NCBI GenBank assembly: GCA_019057375.1
Contig: DXJF01000094.1
Span: forward strand, 1 to 59,501
Reading direction: 5' to 3'
Source of the DNA: Candidatus Heimdallarchaeota archaeon
GTDB lineage: Archaea > Asgardarchaeota > Heimdallarchaeia > Heimdallarchaeales > Heimdallarchaeaceae
DNA: 59,501 nucleotides
Numbering within the stretch: position 1 is the stretch's first letter; every line of letters starts with the position of its first letter. The translations under genes and the position numbers were made by a program. The notes under the pieces were generated by a model, which did not search any database, had not been told where the DNA came from, and worked only from the letters and a program-made list of their open reading frames with translations. Of this stretch, positions 29,073-38,255 are shown one piece after another.

Positions 29073-29190
29073 GCAATTACATATAGAGATGTATTAGTTG
29101 TAAGAAAGAATTTGATTCTAAACCCAATCTCTATTGCTGTAAATATTAATGCTATAATGTAAGTGTGCCTTGAAGAATATAAAATTATGA
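29069..29190 (+). pseudogene. Degenerate duplicate of the 5' end of the thrC-like gene at 30290
   Basis: 61/72 nt identical to 30290-30361 by manual codon alignment; contains in-frame stops; its ATG overlaps the preA-like stop (ATGA). Confidence 0.85.
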
Positions 29191-29227
29191 TTTGAGGAAG
29201 AACAGTTTGTCTAAAGCTATTCTAAGT

Positions 29228-30160
29228 TCATTTTTCTTTCTTTGCAGTCCAGAAAAGATGATTCATGTAACTTTCTATTTCTAATAATCCTTTCTTTTTC
29301 ATTCTATCAAGCATTATTTTGATTTCTTCCTTGTTTAGGTCAGGGAAAAGAGTCATTATTTGGTCTTCCCTTAAAGGATGTCTTTTTGTTATACTCAATA
29401 TCTGATCTTCTGGTGATGCATCTCTATCCACGCTTTCAATAAGTAGGTTCTCAAAATGAGCTATACTTTCAGCGTTGAGATTTCTTTGAGCTTCGGCTAA
29501 GACTTCATTAGTTGGGATTTCTACCCAAGATTCAGCGGGAGGACGGATTGGCACATTAATGAATGTTTTGTCGACTTTCAACTCATCAAGAATCTCTTTT
29601 ATTGCTAATGTAGTCTCCTTTGAATCATTTTTATCTTTAACTAGCATTACTTCCATCCAAATTTGATTAGAAAATTCTTCTCGAAATTTCCTCATTCCCT
29701 CTATAATTGATTCTAGTTTCAGATCTTTATGAGGGCGATTTATTATTCGAAACATTCTTTCTTCCACTGCATCTAATGTTGGTAAAACCACATCTGATAA
29801 GAGTAACTCCTTTCTCACTTCTTGATCGTAGAGAAGAGCTCCGTTAGTAATAACAGCAATAGGAATATTTGTGAATTTCTTAATTTCTTTTATCAGTTCC
29901 CCTAAACCCAAGTAAAGAGTGGGTTCACCGTCTCCAACAATTGTGATATAATCTATTACGTGTTCTTTCTCAAGTGCTTTTTTAACTTCTTGAGCAATAT
30001 TTTGTACTGGAAAATACATCTTTCTATCGTTTGTTAAAGCAGATGTTTTTCCTAATTGACAATAAATACAAGAATAATTACATGTTTTAGGAGGAATTGG
30101 ACTAATACCGAGCGATCTTCCTAATCTTCGTGAAGGTACAGGTCCAAATACATATTTCAT
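29228..30160 (-). CDS. Radical SAM protein (COG0731-like)
   Basis: FGPVPSRRLGRSLG, CNYSCIYC, GDGEPTL and ITNG motifs. Confidence 0.92.
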   Translation of the reverse strand: MKYVFGPVPSRRLGRSLGISPIPPKTCNYSCIYCQLGKTSALTNDRKMYFPVQNIAQEVKKALEKEHVIDYITIVGDGEPTLYLGLGELIKEIKKFTNIPIAVITNGALLYDQEVRKELLLSDVVLPTLDAVEERMFRIINRPHKDLKLESIIEGMRKFREEFSNQIWMEVMLVKDKNDSKETTLAIKEILDELKVDKTFINVPIRPPAESWVEIPTNEVLAEAQRNLNAESIAHFENLLIESVDRDASPEDQILSITKRHPLREDQIMTLFPDLNKEEIKIMLDRMKKKGLLEIESYMNHLFWTAKKEK

Positions 30161-30289
30161 TTCGATTAGTTATACTCTTTTAAACTATTCAAGTTTTTGG
30201 AAAATACACCAAGAAAAGGAGAATCGGATTTAATTCAACGAAAATTCTTAAGAAATGAACACTTCTTATTAGCATAACGGTGTTCTTGA

Positions 30290-31501
30290 ATGAGCAATCA
30301 CATATTGAAATGTATAACTTGTAAGAAAGAATTTGATCCAAAACCCGGTCTCTATTATTGTGAAGATTGTGGTCAGATTATGGGTACCTTGGAAGTAATC
30401 TACGATTATGAGTCCATAAAAGAAAAATCAGTTGTAAAGGAAAGAAATTTCGATATGAAAGCTTCCATGTATCAATTTAGTTTTCTTCTACCAACTGAAT
30501 CAAAAAGTATGTTCGATGAATATGTAGGAGGTACTCCATTGTATAAATTCGACCTTCTTGGAATCAAGGATGTTCTTGTAAAATACGATGGTTCCAACCC
30601 CTCTAGTTCATACAAAGACAGAGCAAGTTCTATAGCTATTAATAGAGCTCTTGATGAAGGAAATGATACTATCTTCTGTGCTTCAACTGGTAATGCAGCA
30701 TCATCTCTTGCAATGCTAAATGCTCATACTAAAATGAAAACATACATCTTTGTTCCATCAGCTATTCCCGATGGGAAACGAGCTCAACTTGAAATATCGG
30801 GGGCAGAAGTTATGGCAGTGGAAGGAACTTATGATGAAGTTTATGATTTGTCTCTGGAATTAGGTTTAAAGAAAGGGTGGTACTGTAGAAGTGCTGCAAT
30901 TAATCCATATTTGTTGGAAGGAAAAAAGACCGGAGCATTTGAAATAATAATTCAAAACGATTTCAAAATACCTGATTATGTTCTTATTGGTGTAGGAGAC
31001 GGAACAGTAATTAGCTCTCTTTACAAAGGATTTTGGGAATTCAAAGAAATTGGTCTGACAGATAAGATTCCCCGTATTATTGGTGTTCAAGCAGAAGGTA
31101 TACCTACGATAAAGAAAGTATTTGATAAAGGGAAACCATATACACCTATAACAATCAAAGGTAAAACTATCGCTGATAGTATCTCTGTTGGCAAGCCACG
31201 TGATGTCATTAAAGCTTGTACCTATATTGAAGCAGGCAATGGTTATTTCATCACTCTTACAGATGAAGAAATTCTAGATGCCATAGTAGAATTAGGTAAA
31301 GAAACTGGCTTATTCGCAGAACCAGCTGGAGTAGTACCTTATGGTGGGCTGAAAAAACTTATTTATGAAGAAAAGATAACCGAATCAGATACCGTTTGTC
31401 TTGTCATCACTGGTAATGGTCTTAAAGATGTTAGTGCAGTTGAAGGTTTGATAAGCACAGAATCTTTATCAATTATGGATTTAGAAAAAAGGTTTGAATG
31501 A
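30290..31501 (+). CDS. Threonine-synthase-like fold-type II PLP enzyme
   Basis: CITC/CEDC N-terminal Zn motif, NPSSSYKDR (PLP Lys), STGNAASSLA, GVGDG, EPAG and TGNGLKD. Confidence 0.88.
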   Translation: MSNHILKCITCKKEFDPKPGLYYCEDCGQIMGTLEVIYDYESIKEKSVVKERNFDMKASMYQFSFLLPTESKSMFDEYVGGTPLYKFDLLGIKDVLVKYDGSNPSSSYKDRASSIAINRALDEGNDTIFCASTGNAASSLAMLNAHTKMKTYIFVPSAIPDGKRAQLEISGAEVMAVEGTYDEVYDLSLELGLKKGWYCRSAAINPYLLEGKKTGAFEIIIQNDFKIPDYVLIGVGDGTVISSLYKGFWEFKEIGLTDKIPRIIGVQAEGIPTIKKVFDKGKPYTPITIKGKTIADSISVGKPRDVIKACTYIEAGNGYFITLTDEEILDAIVELGKETGLFAEPAGVVPYGGLKKLIYEEKITESDTVCLVITGNGLKDVSAVEGLISTESLSIMDLEKRFE

Positions 31502-32871
31502 TGAAATTTATTCTTAACCAAGAAATAGTAAAAATAGATGAACCATTAGGTAATTCTACACTTGATTTCTTACGAAATAAAGGTATGAAAGGAGTTAAGG
31601 AAGCCTGTCATGAAGGGGAGTGTGGAGTGTGTATGGTGCTTCTTGGAGAGTTAAAGGATAAAAATGTTGAATATAAAGCTGTTACATCTTGTATTCTCCC
31701 TCTAGGTGAAATTGTTGGCAAACATGTTGTAACAATTGAAGGCTTAAATCAAGAAGACTTGAGTCCCATTCAACAAGCATTAATAGATGAAGGAGCAAGT
31801 CAGTGTGGCTTTTGTACACCAGGATTCGTCGTTAGTTTGACTGGTTTTTTCCTAAATGAAAAACTTGAGAAAAAAGATATTCTAACATCTATTGAAGGGA
31901 ATTTATGTCGATGTGGAGCGTATGCTTCAATTATAAGATCTGCAGAAAAGTTAGCAAAGGAAATCTCTGTTGAGGATGAAAAATCAAAAGAAAGAATCCA
32001 AAAACTCATTGAAGAGCGTATATTGCCAGCTTATTTTTCAGATATACCAAATCAGCTAGATAAACTAAAAGAATCGAGTAGTACAAAACTGCTAAAAGAA
32101 GGGACTATTGTTGCAGGAGCAACAGATTTACTAGTTCAGAAGGAAAGTCTATCTGATCCAATCTTTATATCAGAAAAAGAGCTTTCTGGAATACATTTAG
32201 ATGGAAATTACATCTATATTGGTGCAACGACATCAATGGAAGATATACGTATTTCAGAAGAGCTAAATGCTCTTTTCAATACTAAACAAGACATATCTCT
32301 AGTTTCAGCTTTTCCTATTAGATTGCAAGCTACTTTAGGAGGAAATCTTGTTAATGCTTCTCCTATTGGAGATCTTATTATCTATTTTCTTGCTCTAGAT
32401 GCAGAAATAAGTCTTAAGAATGAAAGAGATGGGAGAATTATCAAACTTAGAGATTTCTATAAAGATTATAAAATAATGGATATTGAGAAGGGGGAGATAA
32501 TTGAGTGGCTTAGAATCAATAATAAAAAGCGGTTATTTAACTTTGAAAAAGTAGCGAGAAGGAAATATATGGACATAGCTAGTGTCAACAGCGCTATTTC
32601 ATTTGATTTAAATGATGATAAAATACAAAACGCTCATTTATCTGCTGGAGGAGTAGCTCCTGTTCCTAAGTATCTGGAAAAAACTTCTAATTATCTTGGG
32701 AACAAGAAGATCTCGGAAGAAATTATAAAAGAAGCTGTAAAAATTGCTGATTCTGAGGTTAGTCCAATAGATGATGTTCGAGGATCAGCTCGTTACAAGA
32801 GATTACTCCTTAGACAGTTAATTTATGCTCATTTCTTAACACTATTTCCTGATTTGGAGGTATCACTATGA
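31498..32871 (+). CDS. xdhA: Xanthine dehydrogenase small subunit (2Fe-2S plus FAD)
   Basis: ACHEGECGVC, QCGFCTPG, LCRCGAY, AGATDL, TLGGNLVNASPIGD and DDVRGSARY motifs. Confidence 0.93.
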   Translation: MMKFILNQEIVKIDEPLGNSTLDFLRNKGMKGVKEACHEGECGVCMVLLGELKDKNVEYKAVTSCILPLGEIVGKHVVTIEGLNQEDLSPIQQALIDEGASQCGFCTPGFVVSLTGFFLNEKLEKKDILTSIEGNLCRCGAYASIIRSAEKLAKEISVEDEKSKERIQKLIEERILPAYFSDIPNQLDKLKESSSTKLLKEGTIVAGATDLLVQKESLSDPIFISEKELSGIHLDGNYIYIGATTSMEDIRISEELNALFNTKQDISLVSAFPIRLQATLGGNLVNASPIGDLIIYFLALDAEISLKNERDGRIIKLRDFYKDYKIMDIEKGEIIEWLRINNKKRLFNFEKVARRKYMDIASVNSAISFDLNDDKIQNAHLSAGGVAPVPKYLEKTSNYLGNKKISEEIIKEAVKIADSEVSPIDDVRGSARYKRLLLRQLIYAHFLTLFPDLEVSL

Positions 32872-35108
32872 AGGATCTAATTTCTCCCCACACTCGTGGT
32901 GAATCGATCTATATTGATGATATACCTGAACCAGTTAATCTATTATATGCTGTTGTCTTTACATCAAATATACCACACGGAAAAATCATCTCCCTTGATA
33001 TAACGAAAGCGGAGAACAGTGAAGGTGTTTGTAAAGTTCTTATCGCCAAAGATATTCCAGGAGAAAATCAAATAGGACGTCTTATTCAGGATGAAGAACT
33101 CCTTGCAGAGAAAGAAGTTGATTTTATAGGGCAACCAATTGCAGTAGTTTTAGCTGAAACAAAAGAGCAAGCTAAACAAGCAATTAAGTTAATTAACATA
33201 GAATATGAACAACTTCCAGCTGTATTCGACTCTCGTGAAGCAGCAAGAAAAGGATTACTGATTTCTTCTTCACGCACCTTAACGATTGGAGATATTGAAT
33301 CAACTTGGGGAAAATGTGCAACAGTTATCGAAGGAATAGCTGAGTCAGGGGGTCAAGAACATGTATATCTTGAAACACAAGCTTCGCTAGTTATACCAGA
33401 TGAAAATGGCAGAATAATCATTTATTCTAGTACTCAAGCACCTACAACAGTTCAAAGTACAACCTCAAAAATTCTGGGGTGTGATATGAACTTAATTGAG
33501 GTTGATGTGAAACGACTAGGCGGAGCTTTTGGTGGAAAAGAAGACCAGGCTACACCATGGGCTGCTATTTGTGCACTCGGAGTTTACCATACAGATCGAC
33601 CAGTAAAGCTAGTTCTTACTAGACGTGAAGATATTATTATGACGGGTAAACGTCATCCCTATTCAACTGATTATAAGATAGGTTTAGATGAAGAAGGTAA
33701 AATACTTGCTTTTTCTGCTGAATTTTATCAAAATTCAGGAGCTGCTGCTGACCTTTCGACAGCTGTTCTTGGTCGAACTCTTTTTCATGCAACTAATGCT
33801 TATTATATTCCAAATGTCCGAGTGACCGGTTATCCGTGTAAAACGAATATTGTTCCTTTCACTGCTTTCAGGGGGTTTGGTGGTCCTCAAGGAATGTTTG
33901 TTATAGAGTGTGCTGTTGCACATGCTGCTGAAGTAATTGGTATTCCTTTGTCAGTTTTACAAGAGAAAAACTTGCTTCAGGAAGGAGATCAATTTCATTA
34001 CGGTCAACAAGTTGAGAATTGTAACGCAAAACGAAGTTTTACTCAAGTTGTTAAAGATACTAATTTTGAAAAAAGAAAACAGGAGATAGAAGATTTTAAT
34101 ACAAATAATCGATTTACAAAAAAAGGTATTTCCCTAATGCCTATCTGTTTTGGAATTTCATTCACTGCTTCTTTTCTTAATCAAGCTGGAGCACTTGTTA
34201 ATGTTTACAAGGATGGGAGTGTTAGTATAAGTACAGGCGCAATTGAAATGGGTCAAGGGGTTAACATTAAAATCAGACAAATCGCTGCAAAAACCCTCTC
34301 AATTAAACCTGAAAGGATTCGGATAGAAAGTACAAGTACTAGCAGAATTATTAACACTTCACCAACTGCTGCAAGTACTGGGACTGACCTTAATGGAAAA
34401 GCAGTAGAGATAGCATGCAACAAAATAATTGATCGATTGAAAAATTCTGCATCAGAAAAATTAGGCTCAGATGCTGTTTCAATAGAAGATGAGTATGTTT
34501 ATCAAGACGGAAAACGAACTGAGATTTCTTGGAAAAAACTTGTCAATTTAGCTTATTTGAAAAGGGTTAATCTTTCCGCTCAAGCTTTTTATGCGACACC
34601 TAGACTTCATTTCGATTATGAAAAGGAGAAAGGAAGACCTTTTGCTTACCATGCTTATGGAACAGCTGTTACAGAAGTAACAGTTGATTGCTTAAGAGGG
34701 ACATACACTATTGACAAAGTTCAAATGGTACACGATGCAGGAAAAAGTCTTAACTATCTTGTAGATTTAGGACAGGCTGAAGGAGGATTAATTCAAGGAA
34801 TCGGCTGGTTAACTGTAGAAGAATTAGTCTTTGACAAAGGAAAAAACTTTACAGATTCCTTATCAACATATAAAATACCTAACCTTTATTTCACTCCTAA
34901 GATTGAAGTTACTTTTCTAGAAGATGCTGAAAATCCAGAAGCTGTTTTGAAATCAAAAGCTATCGGAGAACCCCCCTTCATGTATGGAATAGGTACTTAC
35001 TTAGCTTTAAAAAATGCAGCTCAGGCTTTCAGAAAAGATAAAGAATGGAAATATTCAGCACCTCTTACACCTGAGAAGTTACTTTTGTTCTTATATGGTA
35101 TGAATTGA
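32868..35108 (+). CDS. xdhB: Xanthine dehydrogenase molybdopterin-binding subunit
   Basis: GGAFGGKED, GRTLFH, TAFRGFGGPQG, IEMGQG, TAASTGTDLNG and KAIGEPP motifs. Confidence 0.93.
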   Translation: MKDLISPHTRGESIYIDDIPEPVNLLYAVVFTSNIPHGKIISLDITKAENSEGVCKVLIAKDIPGENQIGRLIQDEELLAEKEVDFIGQPIAVVLAETKEQAKQAIKLINIEYEQLPAVFDSREAARKGLLISSSRTLTIGDIESTWGKCATVIEGIAESGGQEHVYLETQASLVIPDENGRIIIYSSTQAPTTVQSTTSKILGCDMNLIEVDVKRLGGAFGGKEDQATPWAAICALGVYHTDRPVKLVLTRREDIIMTGKRHPYSTDYKIGLDEEGKILAFSAEFYQNSGAAADLSTAVLGRTLFHATNAYYIPNVRVTGYPCKTNIVPFTAFRGFGGPQGMFVIECAVAHAAEVIGIPLSVLQEKNLLQEGDQFHYGQQVENCNAKRSFTQVVKDTNFEKRKQEIEDFNTNNRFTKKGISLMPICFGISFTASFLNQAGALVNVYKDGSVSISTGAIEMGQGVNIKIRQIAAKTLSIKPERIRIESTSTSRIINTSPTAASTGTDLNGKAVEIACNKIIDRLKNSASEKLGSDAVSIEDEYVYQDGKRTEISWKKLVNLAYLKRVNLSAQAFYATPRLHFDYEKEKGRPFAYHAYGTAVTEVTVDCLRGTYTIDKVQMVHDAGKSLNYLVDLGQAEGGLIQGIGWLTVEELVFDKGKNFTDSLSTYKIPNLYFTPKIEVTFLEDAENPEAVLKSKAIGEPPFMYGIGTYLALKNAAQAFRKDKEWKYSAPLTPEKLLLFLYGMN

Positions 35109-35138
35109 AAGAAAAATAAAATCAAGAGAGATGCTAGT

Positions 35139-36104
35139 ATGAACGAAGAACATTTCTGGAAAAAAATTTTGAAAGAAATTGAGATGGGTAATCCTTCTGT
35201 AGTAGTTACCATAATAAATCGAGAAGGATCTGCACCAAATATTCCTGGTGCAAAAATGTTTGTAAACCTTAACAGTATTGGAGGTACTGTGGGAGGAGGA
35301 GTGTCTGAACATCGTTTGCTGGAACTTGCTAAGAACCTTCTTGATGAAAAGAATTTTTCAGTTGAAACAGTACATATGGAGCATAACGAAACAGCAGGCG
35401 ATGACCGATCAGGAATGATTTGCTCAGGTTCACAAACTTTTGCCCTTGTTCCATTAAGTAGAAATGATAAGCTTACTGTTGAAATGATAATTGAAGCTTA
35501 TACTGAAGCAAAACCTGGTGTTCTTTCAATTTCTAATAAAGGTATAAGTGCAGATTTTGGTGATATTTTAACTCATGATAAAGTTTATTCTGGAGATAAA
35601 CATTCTTGGTCATATCAGGAAAATATAGGTGTTCAAGACAAGCTTTTCATAATTGGAGGAGGACATGTGTCTCTCGCATTATCAAGTATAATAGCGACTC
35701 TTGGTTTTCATATTACAGTATTAGATGATAGAAAAGAAGTACCAACTATGACTGATAATACCAGCGCTCATGTGAAAAAAGTTATTTCTTACAAAGACAT
35801 TTCTACTATCATTCCTGAGGGAGACAACATTTATGTTGCAATTATGACCTTCGGACATAAATCAGATGAGCTAGTATTAGAAAGCATTATTTCAAAAAAG
35901 TGTAAATACATCGGAATGATGGCAAGTGCAGCTAAAAAGCAACAGATTTTTTCAAATCTTGAAGAAAAAGGAATTTCAAAGGATTCCCTAAAGAAAATTC
36001 ACTCTCCAATTGGAATAAGTATCAATAGCAACACTCCAGAGGAAATAGCCATTAGCATAACAGCTGAGCTAATTCAAGTTAAGAATTCAAATACGTTTAA
36101 CTAA
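35139..36104 (+). CDS. xdhC: XdhC/CoxI Moco-insertion chaperone
   Basis: GSAPNIPGAKM, GTVGGG, ICSG, IIGGGHVS, YIGMM and SPIGISINSNTPEEIAISI motifs. Confidence 0.92.
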   Translation: MNEEHFWKKILKEIEMGNPSVVVTIINREGSAPNIPGAKMFVNLNSIGGTVGGGVSEHRLLELAKNLLDEKNFSVETVHMEHNETAGDDRSGMICSGSQTFALVPLSRNDKLTVEMIIEAYTEAKPGVLSISNKGISADFGDILTHDKVYSGDKHSWSYQENIGVQDKLFIIGGGHVSLALSSIIATLGFHITVLDDRKEVPTMTDNTSAHVKKVISYKDISTIIPEGDNIYVAIMTFGHKSDELVLESIISKKCKYIGMMASAAKKQQIFSNLEEKGISKDSLKKIHSPIGISINSNTPEEIAISITAELIQVKNSNTFN

Positions 36105-36303
36105 TTGGAGAATTACTCAAGTTCAGTGTAAAAATATTTCTCAATTGTAAGTTTCAGCCCTCGATTCTATTGTTTGCTTACGATTCAATTTTTTTCTCAA
36201 CCTTTTTTCTCTTTTTAAATCTTTTGTGGCAACGTTTATTTTTTTCTAGTAATCTTTAAAAATAACTTATTCATTTTACATATGATTATTAAAGGTGTAA
36301 GAA

Positions 36304-36447
36304 ATGGCAACTCTCACATTACCTTTTATGACCGTCTTTGTAACTGCCCTAATTGTTGCAGTAGCTTTAGCTATTTTAGTTGTATTTGCTAGAACATTAA
36401 GAGACACTAAATCCAATGTCGACTCTTCGTATGAAACATCAAAATAA
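36304..36447 (+). CDS. Single-pass membrane microprotein (47 aa)
   Basis: Own translation: MATLTLPFMTVFVTALIVAVALAILVVFARTLRDTKSNVDSSYETSK; aaggtg SD upstream. Confidence 0.55.
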   Translation: MATLTLPFMTVFVTALIVAVALAILVVFARTLRDTKSNVDSSYETSK

Positions 36448-36544
36448 ACAGTATACTTGAACAGTATTTTATCATTCATCTCAGTTATATTTTAAAATAT
36501 TAGAAGAAAATGAGTTTCTTTTTTTTAAAAATTAATCTTTAGAG

Positions 36545-37105
36545 TTACAGACCCATCTGGAAGTAGATTCTGTCAATTAACCTTTCGAATGCAGAACTAA
36601 CATTTTGTCCTGTCTTAGCTGATGCTTCCACATATTCTACTTTTATTCCTCCCCATTCAGAGAGTACTTGTGCATAGGTCAATGCAGAGGTTTTGTTTAC
36701 CTGTACCTCTTCTGGAAGCTCTCCTCGCAGATCGCTTTTATTTCCTATAATCACCAATGGTATGAGCTTATTATCATTGTACTTGATCATCTCATTAATC
36801 CAGAAATCGATATTTGTAAAAGTATTTGGACGGGTTACGTCAAAAACAACCATAGCTCCGTAAGTGTTTGCATAATAAGCTCCTCTTACTTCAGAAAACC
36901 TAGGTTGCCCTGCTAAATCCCAAATTTGCAGACTGACAATATAATCCTCATATGGAACCTGCTTAACGCTGAAGTCAGCCCCAATTGTCATTAGATAATT
37001 TTCTCGAAAGCTTTTTCCTAGATAATTTCTCCTTAAGCTTGTTTTACCTACGGCTCCATCACCAATTAGTACTACTTTGAAAATTCTTCCTAGGTCTCCC
37101 GACAT
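36545..37105 (-). CDS. Rab-like small GTPase (Asgard eukaryotic signature protein)
   Basis: GDGAVGKT (G1), TIGADF (G2), WDLAGQ (G3), NKSD (G4) and SAK (G5); no C-terminal prenylation Cys. Confidence 0.93.
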   Translation of the reverse strand: MSGDLGRIFKVVLIGDGAVGKTSLRRNYLGKSFRENYLMTIGADFSVKQVPYEDYIVSLQIWDLAGQPRFSEVRGAYYANTYGAMVVFDVTRPNTFTNIDFWINEMIKYNDNKLIPLVIIGNKSDLRGELPEEVQVNKTSALTYAQVLSEWGGIKVEYVEASAKTGQNVSSAFERLIDRIYFQMGL

Positions 37106-37289
37106 TTGAGATTCTACCTCATTATATTTTGATATAATTTAAATCTTCTTATGTTTCAAGTTTGCATAGTTGTAGTAGAGTAATGTCTATACACAATCAT
37201 ATGTTCTTTTACTATTTATTTTTTCTGGATATATTTTTTTATTTTTGCTACAAACCAGCCTTTAAAAGTTTTCTAGATTATCTTCTCTT

Positions 37290-37772
37290 GTGATTAAAAT
37301 GCAATTAGGTGATATTGTTCCTGATTTTACTCTAAAAGATCAAAATAATGAAGATTTCAATCTTTATGATATTAAAGATAAGCTTGTTTTACTATCTTTC
37401 CATCCTCTTGCTTGGACTGGAGTTTGTGCTAAACAAATGCAGTCACTTGAATCTTCTAAATCTGAATTTGATGATTTGAACGTTACAGCTGTTGGAGTTA
37501 GTGTTGATACTATTCCCTCTAAGAAAGCTTGGGCTGAGAATCTTGGTATTAAAGATACACCACTCCTTGCAGATTTTTGGCCCCATGGTGCTTTAGCTAA
37601 ATCTTTAGGTTTTTTTAATGAAGATAAAGGTGTTTCCAATCGAGTTAATGTTCTTGTTGGAAAAAACAAGGAAATAGTTTTTATGAAGATTTATGAAATG
37701 TCTACAGTACCTAACTTTGATGAGATAACAAGTTTCATCAAAAAAGAACGTAAAAAAGGAAGAGAATTATAA
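37290..37772 (+). CDS. Peroxiredoxin (AhpE-like)
   Basis: FHPLAWTGVC peroxidatic motif; LADFWPHG. Confidence 0.9.
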   Translation: MIKMQLGDIVPDFTLKDQNNEDFNLYDIKDKLVLLSFHPLAWTGVCAKQMQSLESSKSEFDDLNVTAVGVSVDTIPSKKAWAENLGIKDTPLLADFWPHGALAKSLGFFNEDKGVSNRVNVLVGKNKEIVFMKIYEMSTVPNFDEITSFIKKERKKGREL

Positions 37773-37786
37773 TAAAGGTGAATTAA

Positions 37787-38251
37787 ATGTTAAATGAAGG
37801 TGAAAAAGCCCCCCTATTTTGTTTACCAAACGATAAGAATGAGAATATTTGTTTGGACCAATTCAAAGATAAATGGGTAGTTATCTATTTTTATCCTAGA
37901 GACAATACTCCAGGATGTACTACTGAAGCTTGCGATTTTAGTGCTAATATTGCTGATTTTGTTGATATTGATGCCGTTGTGATTGGAATCAGCCCTGATT
38001 CTCCTGAAAGGCATGCAAAATTTATAGCTAAACATGACTTGAAACACATTCTATTGAGCGATGAAGATCATAAGATTCTAGAGCTTTATGATGCATGGAG
38101 AAAGAAACTGATGTATGGAAAAGAACTCTTTGGAGTTATTCGAAGTACCTATCTCATTAATCCTCAAGGAGTTATAGCTAAGGTTTGGCCCAAAGTTAAG
38201 GTTAAAGGTCATGTTAATGAAGTCAGAGAAGTTCTCAAATCTTTGAAATAG
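37787..38251 (+). CDS. bcp: Peroxiredoxin BCP/PrxQ
   Basis: FYPRDNTPGCTTEAC motif. Confidence 0.93.
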   Translation: MLNEGEKAPLFCLPNDKNENICLDQFKDKWVVIYFYPRDNTPGCTTEACDFSANIADFVDIDAVVIGISPDSPERHAKFIAKHDLKHILLSDEDHKILELYDAWRKKLMYGKELFGVIRSTYLINPQGVIAKVWPKVKVKGHVNEVREVLKSLK

Positions 38252-38255
38252 GTCT

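Noticed and set aside
36276-36479. Minus-strand 67-aa ORF from the track
   Set aside because: It is the antisense shadow of a more plausible plus-strand TM microprotein with an SD (36304-36447).
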